A stretch of 49,261 nucleotides of DNA from Candidatus Nanopelagicales bacterium (GCA_041674545.1 JBAYVO010000002.1:1-49261); one strand, 5' to 3'. Shown: positions 28,248 through 39,900, counted from the stretch's first letter. The notes: generated by a model from the sequence alone, not told the origin. Numbers and translations: made by a program.

Positions 28248-29516
28248 CTACACCAACAGTCCGATCTCGTTCATCGTGAGGATGATCGCTGCCATCGCTG
28301 ATTCACGCGCGAACGGCAGGTGCGTACGCATGTTGCGGATCGAGTCTGACCACGGGAAGCTGTCGTACGACATGTCCCAGTGGTTCGCGTGGAACATCGC
28401 CATGTGGATGGCATCCGGACCCGGCAGTGCTGCCTCATCTTGCGTCAGCTGCATATCGTTGTCTGAGTCGTACTTTGACAGCTCCAGGTAGCCCTGCAAC
28501 TGGAACGGCGGAACATCTAGCTTGCTGGTCGCGCCGCTGAAGTAGAACTGCGGAATGCGCAGCGACGCCAGCGTTTCGGCGTTTTCAGCCAAGAATGCTT
28601 CGCGCTTGGTCGTGGTCAGGGACTCGATGGCGGCGAGCACATCGACCTCGTCTGGGCGACGTTCGAAGGCGCCGAGCGGAACCATGGGATAGAGCGAATT
28701 CATCATGACCGTCGTGCCAGCAGCAGTGTGCTGGAGTTCTTCGAAGTTGGGGATTGCGCGTGCGTTCTTCAGCATGCCGTCTGCAAGCCATGAACCCCCG
28801 ATTGCGCCCGCCCAGCCGAGCACTGCCTTGATCCGCGGAGCGAGGTCTGGGCGCTCGGCCAGGAAGGTGAGGATGTCCGGCCCACCCTTTGAGTATCCGA
28901 TCATGATGACGTTGCCGGGAGGCGTCGGGTTGTCATCCGCAGTGATCAGCGAGGCGTCGGGATCAGCCGCGACGCCGATACCACGTTCCATCGCGTTCAC
29001 GATGTCTTCGACGTTTGCCTCAGATCCACGCATCGGGTGAACATCGGCACACAGGATGTCGACGCCGAAGCGTGCGCGCATGACGGGAAAGACCTTCTGG
29101 AACGCAATGCCGAGCATTCCAGTGAGCAAGCCGGGCACAAACAAGATGCTCGTATCTTCAATCTTGCTAGGGGTTGCGATCGGCATTTCAAGCTCAAGTT
29201 CGGCGGGATCCAGATGCTTGATCATGCGGTGGGCAACTCGTGCGCGGTCGACCTTCGAGTCGATCAAGCGCACGGGGAACGGCGCACGCGACGCCTTCTG
29301 CGCGTCAGGGTTTGCGGCGGCCTCGGTGATGAAAATGTTGCGGTAGCGGATGCCGATCCATTCGGAAATCACCGGGTCGGCCATCGCTGCCGCCGGATCC
29401 TTTTCAAACGCGGCACGCACCAGCTCGATGACGCGCTCGAAGTTGCCTGCTGCTAGGGCGTCTTTGATGGCTGGGTCCGAAGGGGCGGTTTCGTTGGTGC
29501 TGAGTTCTGTGGTCAT
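28248..29516 (-). CDS. Hypothetical protein, probable alpha/beta-fold serine hydrolase
   Basis: 422-aa ORF. GxSxG-type elbow in VIMIGYSKGGPDIL. No signal peptide; family not recognised. Confidence 0.55.
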   Translation of the reverse strand: MTTELSTNETAPSDPAIKDALAAGNFERVIELVRAAFEKDPAAAMADPVISEWIGIRYRNIFITEAAANPDAQKASRAPFPVRLIDSKVDRARVAHRMIKHLDPAELELEMPIATPSKIEDTSILFVPGLLTGMLGIAFQKVFPVMRARFGVDILCADVHPMRGSEANVEDIVNAMERGIGVAADPDASLITADDNPTPPGNVIMIGYSKGGPDILTFLAERPDLAPRIKAVLGWAGAIGGSWLADGMLKNARAIPNFEELQHTAAGTTVMMNSLYPMVPLGAFERRPDEVDVLAAIESLTTTKREAFLAENAETLASLRIPQFYFSGATSKLDVPPFQLQGYLELSKYDSDNDMQLTQDEAALPGPDAIHMAMFHANHWDMSYDSFPWSDSIRNMRTHLPFARESAMAAIILTMNEIGLLV

Positions 29517-29717
29517 AGTTTCGGGACTCTAGGGCGATCGCGCAGGAGACTTCACGTTCAAAGGTCCCGATTTCACCCCTTGGTGCCTTATGTGCGGGCA
29601 GCGCATCATTAAAGGCGGATGTAGAGGCGAGGGCCGTCACCGCACAGCGAAGCTCGTCGCGTTGCTTAGAGCAGGTCAAAGAGCCAGTGACAGAATTCAG
29701 GAATCACCGCACGTCCA

Positions 29718-30245
29718 TTACGCCCCGGCGGCTACCTTCGCAAGTGGCGTCAAGCTTGCGACGCTCGAAGACTGGATGAGGATCAAGGTCGAATCGAACT
29801 CCGCCAAAGCCGTGGCTCCCAACGGGAGTTGAACGACTCGGAATGCACCTCGATCTGTTTGTATTTCTTTGCCCAGCGTTGCCCCATCGCCAGGATCAGC
29901 CGAGATGAGTTTGTCGGCCTTTGCGGCCGGCGCCTCCGGGAACACCGTGATCAGGCCAACACTTTGCGAGTCCTTTGAGACCGCGTAGGTCGTCGACTCT
30001 CCTAGACCTGGGATGCGACTTGGCGCGGTGACTTCAATCGCCAGCCCGCCCTCCGCCGCAGCCGCCGCTAGCCCCGCTGGAACACCGTCGCTCGCTCCCG
30101 CGTCGGTCGGTTCTGGAGCCGCTCCGCGGGTCGGGCCATCCACAGCCGCAGAAGTCTCCGGCGACGGACTTTGACCCGCAGTCGAACATCCAGCCAGGCC
30201 GATGCCAAGCGCCACCAACAGTGCCGCAGATCCTGTTGAGTTCAT
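29718..30245 (-). CDS. Small lipoprotein, last gene of the RHS operon
   Basis: MNSTGSAALLVALGIGLAGC lipobox, then a Pro/Ala-rich linker and a ~110-aa domain. ATG 30245 lies 2 nt after the upstream stop. Confidence 0.6.
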   Translation of the reverse strand: MNSTGSAALLVALGIGLAGCSTAGQSPSPETSAAVDGPTRGAAPEPTDAGASDGVPAGLAAAAAEGGLAIEVTAPSRIPGLGESTTYAVSKDSQSVGLITVFPEAPAAKADKLISADPGDGATLGKEIQTDRGAFRVVQLPLGATALAEFDSTLILIQSSSVASLTPLAKVAAGA

Positions 30246-30247
30246 CG

Positions 30248-33200
30248 TCAATCCTTCAGTTCGGCGATGCGCTTGTCGTAGTCCTTCTGGACTGCGGCGA
30301 TCTTCGCGTTGTAGTCACTGGTGATCTGCGCCCGAGCTTTTGCGGCCGTTTCTTCCGCGTTCATCAAGTCGAAGAGCTTATTGGCGAGCAGACCAAACTG
30401 CGTGGCTGGGAGCAAGGTGTCATTCCCACCGTCGCTGATAAAGGCCAGGGGGTACATCCCAGCGAAGATCGTGTCCCAGATACCGCATTTGGCGTCTCCC
30501 AACTCAGCGGTGTAGAACATCGTCAAAACCTCGCGGGTGGTCTTGGTCTTGAACCCTGGGTACCCGCATCGTTCTACGGTGTCGTACAGCGCATCAAGTT
30601 CTGTTCTGGCATCAGCTGCCGGCGTCCCGTCGTCGATCGCCTGTGCGAGGGAAACACGGTCCGCCTCAGCAAACATTTCACTCGTGAAGTACCGCTCGTT
30701 CGGAGCTTCGGCAAGTACCTCCGCAGTCCGCTTCGGCACATCCGGGATAACGACTGCGGCCAGCTTCTCGTCACGCTCAACCTTGAGTGCCGCGATCTCA
30801 GAGTCACGCGCCTTTGCGAGTTCAGCCGCTGTCATAGAGACGATGGTGAGTTCGGTCTTGCCAACCTCTGGCTGGAACGATTTGCGCTTACCCACCGCGG
30901 TAATCGCGTAACTCGTGGAGGTCCCCTTCGGCGGGGCCATCCCGGTGAGTTTGCAACTCGTCGCAGTACCCGGCACCGTGCAGGCCGCACCTCCCGGTGC
31001 TGCCGTCACGACGTAGGACTCAGGTAACTTGCTCCCGCCGACTGGTGGCGACCACGTCACATCGACAACACCTCCGCCAATGTGCGCAGCCTTGAAGTTC
31101 ACCAGCGGTGCCGGTATCTCGGGATCAACAACGTGCAACTGAGTCTTGCCGACCTCAGGGTGGTAGTCCCCGCGGTTTGCCTGAATGGTGAACGTGTAGG
31201 TGGTATCCGTTCCGGCTGGCGCCAGCTTTGTAATGTCACAACTCGTGGCCGCGCCATCCACGGTGCACGTACGCCCACCAGGTTCGGCCTTGACTACATA
31301 GTTCTCTGGTGGTTTGTGGCCGTCGTTTCGTTGCTGCCACGCGATCCGCACTGTCCCGTTACCCACATTCGTCGCCGTCACGTTGTCTACGGGGGTCGGC
31401 TCGTTGGGATCAAACATGGTGATCGAACTCTTGAGAACCTTCGATGGCTCCTTGACGCTCCAAACCCGCACGTCGAGCTTCTGCCCCTTCGTCATTTGTT
31501 TGAGGCTTCCTCGACGGAAGTCTTGTGGCGCGGAGTTCTTCGTGGCGGGATCAATTACCAGCATCGCCAGGTTCTTCTCTTTCTGATCTGACGTCATGGT
31601 GATCCCAGAAATTCGCTGCGATCCATCGGTTTCAACCTTGACATCGATCACGGACTTACCGAGTCCTCCGCCGTCAAGGCGCCCGGTGACCGTCGTGGCT
31701 CCGAGCAACGGCGTCGACCCCTGTGGAACCGGGAATGCCGTTGAGTCTTGGACGTAGTGTTGCCGGGACTCCGGATCGAATGCCGAGCCTGCGCTGCGTG
31801 TGTCGAAACGTAGTTTCGAACCTGGCCGGACCACAAATGGCGTGCCCTTGTCGTGCATTGACGCGAACAACGGCGTCAAACTCACCTTGCCGTTGGCAAC
31901 CGGGACATCGAAGAGCTTGTGGTTGTCTTCGGTGTGCACAGCAAGGTTAATCGCACCCCAATCAGGAACGTTCGCCATCTGGATTTCACCAGTGCGTAGT
32001 TCCCCTTGGTCGTCTGCAGTGAACTTCCCCAGAATCGTGAGATACGGATTGTTGTGGTTGCGACCCCAATAGTTGCCCCACTGGAGTGCCTGATCGAAGA
32101 CTGCCTCAGCCGAGTACACCTCTTGTTCACACCCTGCGGTTGTACTCGCCTCATCCCACCCAGCGGGGTAACGGGTCTGTTCTGGTGAGGTTCCCCCGGA
32201 CTTCACCGGAACGTTCACTAGACGTGTTCCCACAAACCGAACATCAGGTTTGGTAGGCGCGACGTTGTAGAAGGACACCTTGTCAAGGTCCCCACCGTTG
32301 TACGTCCACTTGCTCGCCGGAGTGGTGTTGCCCAACGACGTATTCGATGCCGTCAGATTGTTGAGCGTTGTTGCTCCGCCGACGACGGTAGAACCAACGA
32401 GCGTTGAGTTATTCAACGACCAGTTATTCAGGTCGTTTTGCAGTTCCGCGTTGCGCATGCATGTGTTCTCAGCGACCATCGCATCCGAAGAGTTCAACGA
32501 CGCGTACGAAAGATCGGAGTTGGTCAATCGTCCGAAGCGCGTGTTTGTCCCAGCAAGCTTGCGCGCTGTCAGATCTGTGACGTCGGGAATCACGGAATTG
32601 CGGGCTACTGCCCAGTCAAGATCCACTCCACGAAACGTTGTGTTCTGATTGAAGAACCCGGTCAGATGTGACCGGATTTCGTTTTGCGGCGAGGTGTATC
32701 GCGGACCAAGGGTGGAGTTCTCGAACGTGACGTCTTTGATGTTGGGACCAACGTCAGACACGATCAAGCGAACCTGTTGCGTCGATGGGTCGGTTGCAAC
32801 AAGAAAGCGATTGGCGGGTTCAGTCGCCAACATGCTGCCCGCGCCGAGTCCGGTAGTGGACGGGATCGGAGCTGCCCAATTCAGTTGTTCCCCGGAAGCG
32901 ATCTGCGCGACAGGGACCCTGCCAAGCTTGCCGCCCTTGAGCGGGCCTACGTAGAGATTCCCGTCGCGGTCATAGTCGACGAGAGACGGACGTGGATCCT
33001 GTGAACCCTCGTCTTCGCTATCACCTTTGTATCCGGTGATCAGAGAACGGATGGTGCCATCAGGGGTCACGACTCGTACTGCACGATCACGAGTGTCTGC
33101 GATAGCGATCTCTCCCGATGGACTGACCGCAACGTCATTCGGCGAATCCAATTTCGATTCGCTGGCTGGCCCGTGGTCACCACACGGTGTTGATTCATTG

Positions 33201-34183
33201 CACGGCTTGCCGGTGGGGCTTCCGGCCAAGCGATCAATGTCGCCTGTCTCGAAATCGATGAATCGGACAGAGTTGTTTGCCAAGTCAGCGAAGTAGAGCT
33301 TCCCATTGGAAAACTCCATGCCTGCGGGCTTCGCTACCCGCGCCTCTTCGGCCGGACCAGCATCGCCGCTGTAACCAAGTCGCCCGTTCCCGGCGACTGT
33401 CGAGATCGTGTTGTCGTTGAGGTCAACTGCCCGGATCAAGGATGCCGCCTGATCGGCAATGAACAGGCGATTGCCGTCGGTGTCCAACGCGAGACCAACT
33501 GGCTCCGACAGGTCAGCGACCGTCGCATCGCTACCGTCACCACAACGATCTATGTCAAAGGTGCACTTTCGCCCGGAGCCGGCGATCGTATTGATAACGC
33601 CCGTCTTGACGTCGATCGCACGCACTCGCCGGTTCCGTGAATCGGCAACGTAGATGGTGCTGGAGTCATCGGTGATCAAAACGCCCGTGGGACCCGAGAA
33701 CTTCGCTGTTGTTACTTGCGCACCATCACCCTCGAACCCTGCAGTACCGGCGACCCCTAACGATTGGGAAACGAACGTCCGAAGAGGTGCGTCAAAGGTT
33801 GCCCAGCCATAGTCCGTTGCGCACTGCGCGTGCGGCCCTGTACCTGTGAACGGCAGCTTGCACGCGCCTTCCGGCGGTTGCCACGACGTACCACGCAGCG
33901 ATGCACCGCGGAAGGTCGCGCCCTGCAGATTTGCGCCATCGAACCTGGCGCCGTTGAGAACGGACGACTCGAAGGTCACACCTCGCAGATCTTTGCCCCG
34001 AAAGTCATAGCCTTCGCATTGCGCCGCGTTCTCCAGACAGCCGGCCGCGCCAAGCAACTGGTCGGTGTCATCAGCGGCGTTTCGCGAAGTATCAGAACTA
34101 CCGCATGCCACCAGGCTTGATGCGGCAATCAGACCCACCAACGCAACAGCAATTCCTCTGGTCCGTGTGGTTACACCTCTCAT
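30248..34183 (-). CDS. Giant lipoprotein (1311 aa): pentapeptide repeats - NHL beta-propeller - beta-helix-like region - Ig-like region - 2 FN3-like modules - helical C-terminal domain
   Basis: Start ATG 34183 overlaps the upstream stop (ATGA). Lipobox AASSLVAC. See sub-features. The track ORF extends to 34372, but that extension is Arg/Cys-rich with no signal peptide. Confidence 0.85.
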   Translation of the reverse strand: MRGVTTRTRGIAVALVGLIAASSLVACGSSDTSRNAADDTDQLLGAAGCLENAAQCEGYDFRGKDLRGVTFESSVLNGARFDGANLQGATFRGASLRGTSWQPPEGACKLPFTGTGPHAQCATDYGWATFDAPLRTFVSQSLGVAGTAGFEGDGAQVTTAKFSGPTGVLITDDSSTIYVADSRNRRVRAIDVKTGVINTIAGSGRKCTFDIDRCGDGSDATVADLSEPVGLALDTDGNRLFIADQAASLIRAVDLNDNTISTVAGNGRLGYSGDAGPAEEARVAKPAGMEFSNGKLYFADLANNSVRFIDFETGDIDRLAGSPTGKPCNESTPCGDHGPASESKLDSPNDVAVSPSGEIAIADTRDRAVRVVTPDGTIRSLITGYKGDSEDEGSQDPRPSLVDYDRDGNLYVGPLKGGKLGRVPVAQIASGEQLNWAAPIPSTTGLGAGSMLATEPANRFLVATDPSTQQVRLIVSDVGPNIKDVTFENSTLGPRYTSPQNEIRSHLTGFFNQNTTFRGVDLDWAVARNSVIPDVTDLTARKLAGTNTRFGRLTNSDLSYASLNSSDAMVAENTCMRNAELQNDLNNWSLNNSTLVGSTVVGGATTLNNLTASNTSLGNTTPASKWTYNGGDLDKVSFYNVAPTKPDVRFVGTRLVNVPVKSGGTSPEQTRYPAGWDEASTTAGCEQEVYSAEAVFDQALQWGNYWGRNHNNPYLTILGKFTADDQGELRTGEIQMANVPDWGAINLAVHTEDNHKLFDVPVANGKVSLTPLFASMHDKGTPFVVRPGSKLRFDTRSAGSAFDPESRQHYVQDSTAFPVPQGSTPLLGATTVTGRLDGGGLGKSVIDVKVETDGSQRISGITMTSDQKEKNLAMLVIDPATKNSAPQDFRRGSLKQMTKGQKLDVRVWSVKEPSKVLKSSITMFDPNEPTPVDNVTATNVGNGTVRIAWQQRNDGHKPPENYVVKAEPGGRTCTVDGAATSCDITKLAPAGTDTTYTFTIQANRGDYHPEVGKTQLHVVDPEIPAPLVNFKAAHIGGGVVDVTWSPPVGGSKLPESYVVTAAPGGAACTVPGTATSCKLTGMAPPKGTSTSYAITAVGKRKSFQPEVGKTELTIVSMTAAELAKARDSEIAALKVERDEKLAAVVIPDVPKRTAEVLAEAPNERYFTSEMFAEADRVSLAQAIDDGTPAADARTELDALYDTVERCGYPGFKTKTTREVLTMFYTAELGDAKCGIWDTIFAGMYPLAFISDGGNDTLLPATQFGLLANKLFDLMNAEETAAKARAQITSDYNAKIAAVQKDYDKRIAELKD
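30830..31408 (-). repeat. Two tandem FN3/Ig-like modules (~95 aa each, clearly paralogous)
   Basis: VTATNVGNGTVRIAWQQ...ENYVVKAEPGGRTCTVDGAATSCDIT...YTFTIQA aligns with FKAAHIGGGVVDVTWSP...ESYVVTAAPGGAACTVPGTATSCKLT...YAITAVG. Confidence 0.7.
32918..33760 (-). other. NHL-repeat beta-propeller region
   Basis: Repeated blades YVADSRNRRVRAIDVKTG, FIADQAASLIRAVDL, YFADLANNSVRFIDFETG, IADTRDRAVRVVTPDG. Confidence 0.8.
33884..34012 (-). other. Pentapeptide-repeat stretch
   Basis: GYDFRGKDLRGVTFESSVLNGARFDGANLQGATFRGASLRGTS. Confidence 0.8.
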
Positions 34184-36933
34184 CGGATGCCCAACTCTCG
34201 TACTCGGTTGTTTCCGGTATCCGCAACAACAATGGTTTCCCAGGGAGTAACGGCTACGCCTTCCGGTGCGTTGAACGTCGCCGTCAGCGAATCGGCGCCG
34301 TCGCCAGAGAATCCGCGCGCTCCCGACTTGTTCGCGACGATCCCAGGATCGGCGATTCCAAAGGTGTTCCAACGTGTGATTCGGTTCTTGCCGGCCTCAG
34401 AAATGACCACGTTGTCCGCTAAGTCGATCATGAGGTCCGTCGGCTCGTCGAGGTTGTAGTCGTCACCGTCGGCATCTCCAATCACGTACTTCGTGACCGT
34501 TCCAGTTGGACCAATGGATCGGATTTGGTTGTTGCCAGTGTCGGCGATCAGAACGTTGCCGTAGTTGTCGAGCGCGATCGCACGAGGACTGTTGAAGCTC
34601 GCCTTAAGCGCGGTCCCGTTGTTGCCCAGGCACACGATCCCTGCAACGTTCTTCGTGTTCGGGCACTTTGCCCCCGCGGCCGAAATCTCCGCCGGTGTTG
34701 ACGTTCGCTTGCCGACTCCGGCGAAGTTGCTGATCACACCGGGTGCACCGTCCTTGCTGGTGATGCGCCTGATCTTCTGATTTCCGGTGTCTGCCACGTA
34801 GACCGAACAACGCTGGGTATCGCAGTCGACGGCAAGTCCCATCGGCCGGTTCAGTTGTGCCTTGATCGCGGCAATGTTGTTGCCGCTTGAACCCGCGGCA
34901 CCAGTGCCGGCCAGGGTCACGATCGTTCCGTCAGTCTCAATACGGCGGATCCGGTTGTTGCCGGTATCTGCGATGTACACCCGTCCGGCAGGATCAACTG
35001 CCAATCCCGTTGGGGCGTTGAGCAGAGCCTTGTTCGCGGGACCGCGGTCACCCTCGAAACCTGATTTGTCTTCGACCCCAGCGACGATCGACGTAGCTCC
35101 ACCTTGGGCCAAGTCAATCTTGCGCACGACGTTGCGTCCAGTGTCGGACACCAAGACAATCTTGGTTCCGGTATCGCCGCGCTGGTAGGCAACGACCCGA
35201 GCCGGTTCGGCCAACGTTGTTGCCGAGGTGCCGCCCGCTTCTGATCCTGTCTGGCCAAGGATGGTCGAGACGTACGTCTGACAGAGATAGTTCCCTGCCC
35301 CTATGCATGGCGGAGGCATCGGCGGCGCGGACTTCGGCAACTCCTTACCCGCACATCCAGTCGTGGAGCTCGGCCGACTTCGGTCTGGGCAGTCAGCGAC
35401 AGTTGTGAACGACTTCGCTCCTAAGCCCTTCGACGCTGCGTAGGTAACGGGGGCTGGTGCCGAACCACTACCAGTGTTGAACTTCCAGGTGCCGCCAGCA
35501 CTTTGCGAGGCGGCATCGGGGAACTCGCTCTTGTCCAGGACTGCGCTTTCGAAGTCACTACCGAACAGGTAGGACCGTGCGAATTCGGCACTCGTCACTG
35601 TCGCGTTCGTGAACTTGCAGTTGATGCACTGCGTGCCTCGGAAGCTCGAACGATCAAGTTTTGCGTAGCTGAAATCGCCGTTGGCAATCAGTGCGTCGTC
35701 AAGGCGAGCATCGCCCATTTCCGCGTTCGCGAACTTTGGGGTCTTACCGGTGGAGAATATGTAGGCGCCTCGAAGACTCGTGCCCCGAAGGTCACTGCCC
35801 GAGAAGTCCGCACCCCGCGCGTCAACGGACGTCAGGTCCGCGCTGCCCTCGTTACCGCTAACGCCGCGGCCGAGTTGGGCTTGGGTTAAGACCGCGTCGC
35901 CCAACCGCGCGCGGGTGAAGTCGGCTCGATGCGCAGTGACACCGGACATCACTGCCTCGTACATGCTGCTGTTGCGGAAGTTGGTCTCTTGCAGGTCCGC
36001 TTGGGACAGATCGACTTGCTCCATGCTCAAACCGGAGAAGTCAGACCCCGCGAGCGAGGTCGTCCCCGTGAACTTGACCTGCATGAAGTCTGGCCTTGCA
36101 CCCAAGAACCGTGACTTTGTGATCGACATATTGGGAGCTTTTGTTTCACGCAGGTAGTCGCGATTCTGTGGTTCGACTAGGAACGAGGTATTGGCGTAGT
36201 TCTGGTTGCCCCAGGTTCCCTTCACATCCGAATCGGCATCTGCGTTCTGCACGAATCCTGGATAGGCAATGACTGAGTCCTCAACGGTCAGCTTGTTCTT
36301 CGCCCACTCGATCTGGTTCTTGACCAAGGTGGGGTCGATGATCACCTTTGAGAAGGTGACCCCAGATAGCTCGGCACCGCTGATATCGGAGTCGTACATC
36401 TGTGTCTGCGTGAACTTCGCGCCCGCCCAGTTCGCCTTTGTCGCGACTACGCCAGCCAACTGCGCTGGCCTATCAGAGGAGACGCCAAACACCGTGTTCG
36501 AGAAATTGGAGCCCTCGGCGAAGGTCGTGTTGTAAATGGTGGCCCCGGAGAAATTGCTACCAGACACATCGACTTTCCCGAACGTGATGCCGGTGATGTC
36601 GAGGTCCTTGAAATCACACGCCGTGCAACTGCCCGTTTGTAGGAGCTTGCGAATACTTGGGTCGGCCGACTCGTCTCGCAACAGTTGCTTCTTGTTGACC
36701 TTTGCTAGCCCTTGGAGTTTTTGGCGTTCCAACTCCCGCGCAGCTAGAGCGTCCTGATAGTCCTGACCCGCCTGAAGCCCCTCATCCACATCAGGTGCAG
36801 TCGCAAGCGTGATCGAGGTGTCATCATCCTGACCACCAGCCGATCGACTCGTCTCTGCTGTGTTCGCGCATGCACTTACCAGCAGCGCGCCGACGACCGC
36901 CAACGTGGCGAACCTGACTTGCGACTTCTTCAT
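34180..36933 (-). CDS. Giant lipoprotein (917 aa): long pentapeptide-repeat region followed by an NHL beta-propeller
   Basis: MKKSQVRFATLAVVGALLVSAC lipobox at ATG 36933. Pentapeptide region roughly 35512-36627 (e.g. ADLQETNFRNSSMYEAVMSGVTAHRADFTRARLGDAVL). NHL blades roughly 34183-35268 (YIADTGNNRIRRIETDG, YVADTGNQKIRRITSKDG, LIADTGNNQIRSIGPTG, VVADTGNNRVRELG). Confidence 0.88.
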   Translation of the reverse strand: MKKSQVRFATLAVVGALLVSACANTAETSRSAGGQDDDTSITLATAPDVDEGLQAGQDYQDALAARELERQKLQGLAKVNKKQLLRDESADPSIRKLLQTGSCTACDFKDLDITGITFGKVDVSGSNFSGATIYNTTFAEGSNFSNTVFGVSSDRPAQLAGVVATKANWAGAKFTQTQMYDSDISGAELSGVTFSKVIIDPTLVKNQIEWAKNKLTVEDSVIAYPGFVQNADADSDVKGTWGNQNYANTSFLVEPQNRDYLRETKAPNMSITKSRFLGARPDFMQVKFTGTTSLAGSDFSGLSMEQVDLSQADLQETNFRNSSMYEAVMSGVTAHRADFTRARLGDAVLTQAQLGRGVSGNEGSADLTSVDARGADFSGSDLRGTSLRGAYIFSTGKTPKFANAEMGDARLDDALIANGDFSYAKLDRSSFRGTQCINCKFTNATVTSAEFARSYLFGSDFESAVLDKSEFPDAASQSAGGTWKFNTGSGSAPAPVTYAASKGLGAKSFTTVADCPDRSRPSSTTGCAGKELPKSAPPMPPPCIGAGNYLCQTYVSTILGQTGSEAGGTSATTLAEPARVVAYQRGDTGTKIVLVSDTGRNVVRKIDLAQGGATSIVAGVEDKSGFEGDRGPANKALLNAPTGLAVDPAGRVYIADTGNNRIRRIETDGTIVTLAGTGAAGSSGNNIAAIKAQLNRPMGLAVDCDTQRCSVYVADTGNQKIRRITSKDGAPGVISNFAGVGKRTSTPAEISAAGAKCPNTKNVAGIVCLGNNGTALKASFNSPRAIALDNYGNVLIADTGNNQIRSIGPTGTVTKYVIGDADGDDYNLDEPTDLMIDLADNVVISEAGKNRITRWNTFGIADPGIVANKSGARGFSGDGADSLTATFNAPEGVAVTPWETIVVADTGNNRVRELGIR

Positions 36934-36950
36934 AGCGGTACCTATCAGCC

Positions 36951-39900
36951 TTAGGCTCGTCTTGGAGTGCGTGGGACCCAGATGGAGACCGAGGGTTGCC
37001 TGGTCGACTGGCCTGACAATGCCTTGATCGATTGGTAGTTCAGCGAGTACACGTCTCTGAACCAATCGACTGCCATTCGGCCGCTGTTGACCTTCTCGAC
37101 TCTGAACAGTCGGGTCTCAGACTTCGGTGCGTAGACATCAAGGACGTAGTCGTTGATCGTCGTACCAGCGTTCCGGTAGCCGAGCACGTAGACGTAGCCG
37201 TCACCGTCGTTGCCGACGTCCAATAACGTCACACCGGGATCAGTTGGGGCGTAGAACTGTTCTTCCTCAGAGTTGCTGTTCTCGCTTGCAAATGCTTTGA
37301 CTGGAACGCCGAGCAGATTGAATGCCGAGAGTCGCTTCGCTCCTTGTTCGAGGATGACCAACACGCCATTTGACGAGACGGCCAAGCCGACCGGCTTGTC
37401 AAACAGTCCTGGGCGAGCACCGTCCTTATTGCCCGGCCCGCCAAAGACAGATGCCACCGGCGCGGTGCCTTCATCGACGGCGTGGGACTTCAAAGCCGGG
37501 CGAAGGATCGACAGTTGCGCCGAGTCAGTATTGATACCGGTGATGAGCCCGCCCGGCGCCAAGGACGCCGCATGCACTCTCGTTGGGATGTGCCCGTACA
37601 CCTTCTTTGGATCGAAGACGATCGAATTGTTGCCGAGAGCCAATTTGCGAATGTGGTAGCCATCTTGCTCGTCAGCCGTGGCTGCTACAGGTTCAAGAAG
37701 CCACGCTTCCGCGACGCCGTTGGTTCGATTTTGCAACGGATCCGTCAGCACGATCGGTGGATTGCCGGTGTACGTGGTGCTCAATTCCGCGGCACTAGCG
37801 CCAGGATCTTCGGAGCTGTTCAGCTGGCGCACGAACCACTTGCCGGCCGATTTGTAGACGTACCCCATCAGGCCCGTTCCGTGCCCATACATGACCGAAC
37901 CAAGCGTGAAGTCGGCGTCATGAATGGTGCCCGGAACTTCTGCTCCCTGCGCCATCACGTAGCGGCCACCAGCAACGTCAGTCGTCCAACGACGCTCAAG
38001 CCGGGACTTGCTCCCGAGTTCAACGGCGTCCTCGAGCACAGTCACTTCGATAGAGTCTTTGACCTCCTTGAGGTTTGAATTGTCGAGCCAATCGGTCGCT
38101 GCGGAACCGACTGTCCAACCATCCTGGCTCAGGATCGTGATGATGTACTGAATCCTGCCGCCAAATGGGACCTGCGGAAGCGGGATCTCTAATGGTTCGG
38201 TACGTGGGTTCTCGAAGGCGGGAATGACGGCGTACGTGGAGTACTTGTCACCGTCGATGACCTCGATGGTTTCTTTGAAGCCCGCCGGGAGGTACTCCTT
38301 GCCCTCGGTCTGATTCTCCAGCAGCACAGTTACCTTCCAGCACGCTGCCGACTTTGAGAAACCACTATCGAATTGCGGCTTTGCCGTCAAGACTGCGTCG
38401 TAGGTTGCAGACAGATCCCAGTAGTTTGTGTCGTTCTGGCAAACCGCCCCGGTCGCCTGACCCACCTGGGACGCGGCGCCAGCCAATGCCGTCACGATGT
38501 AGATCTGCCCGTAAATCGGAATTGCTTTCTGAATGGTTGACTCAGTTAGCGTCTCCAGGTAAAGGCCCATCGCCTTGTAAATAAACCTGTAGGTGAGGAA
38601 GTCCAGGATCATCTTCGAAATCGCGATAATTCCCGCCGAAATCTGATTTGAAGTACTGGCCAGCCTTCCTTTCATCAATCCCTCGATCAGACCGAACACC
38701 GTCTCGATCCAATAGATCGCACCGAATCCAGACTTACGACGCTTCGCGATGTCCTCCGCCGTCAAGTAGGTGATTTCGATTTCACCATCGTCATGCTTGA
38801 TCGTCTTGTAGTCGCTTGTCGTCTGACTACACATGTTTCGGAATCGGTTGGCAGCAATCGCTTGGCTGAGGAACATCAATCCTGGAATTCCGATGTCGAC
38901 GACTGCGGTGGTGAACACAGCATCTTGGTACCAATCGGGACGGACGTAGTGATTGTCCGCAGTGTCGACGTAGGCCGGCAACAACTTTGGCTTACCATCT
39001 GGCCCCAAGACTTCGGTTCCATTGGCATCCAACTCGACAGACTTGAACAGATCCCGCCAGTCGTTGCCAGTGCCAAGTGATCCCGCGATTACCCGTGCTC
39101 GGACCGCTTCCGCCGGCATCGGGATCGAGATATCCAAGTAGTTCGAATCGAGACCAACCGGCAGGCCCATCACAATGGGAATTGATTCAAGCAAACGAGC
39201 CCCAAGGCGCCACGTTGGATCCAGCTTGTTGTTCGACAGCCGATAGTCGTCCGGTGGTGAAATCGGCAGATCTCTAGAGTCAAAGTACTGAACGCCGAAG
39301 GTGACAGTACGGTCGAGGTTGTTCCAGACGCGAAGCTTCAGCTGAGTCCCGCCACCCTGTGCCTGGCTTGTTTCTTTGAGCTGCACGTACATCCCGTTGC
39401 GACTCTTCTTTTCGCCCTGCAGGACTGAGTAGTTCACCTTGGCGTCGTTTGATCCGCGGAACTTCGCCAACACTCCGCCACCCGCGCTATTGCTCCTGGC
39501 TGCGTCGCTAACGGTTATTGGGCTAGGTGGAGTGGCCGGCATGACCGCCCAGGTCTTGCCACCGAGGTCGTTGAGGTCGGTCTCAGCGTTGATCATTGCA
39601 CCAAGGTCAGGCTCGGCCTGGACAACTTCATTGCCTTCTGCAAGCGCTGCCTGCAAGGCGGCTTTGTAGTTGAAGATGAGGTCGCGAGGAATCTCTTTGC
39701 CTTGCCACTTCATGCCCATCTGGACGAAGGGGATCAAGGTCTTTGCCGGGAGTTCACCAATCTCCGGATCGACGGAGATTGTCGGTTCCCCGGGGGGCTT
39801 CTCGTAGCTAGTCCCGAGCCTTGGGTCAAGAGTTTGCGGCACGATCTTGCCGGACTTCACGCCCTTCACCATGTCTTCGAGAATCCCGTACGGGGCCCTC

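Noticed and set aside
34184-34372. 63-codon N-terminal extension of the 1374-aa track ORF. Analogous extensions occur at 36934-37065, 48561-48602, 19094-19207 and 9393-9521.
   Set aside because: The extensions are Arg/Cys/Trp-rich or otherwise non-signal-like and overlap the upstream genes. The internal starts give lipoprotein or other signal peptides and sensible spacing or ATGA coupling.
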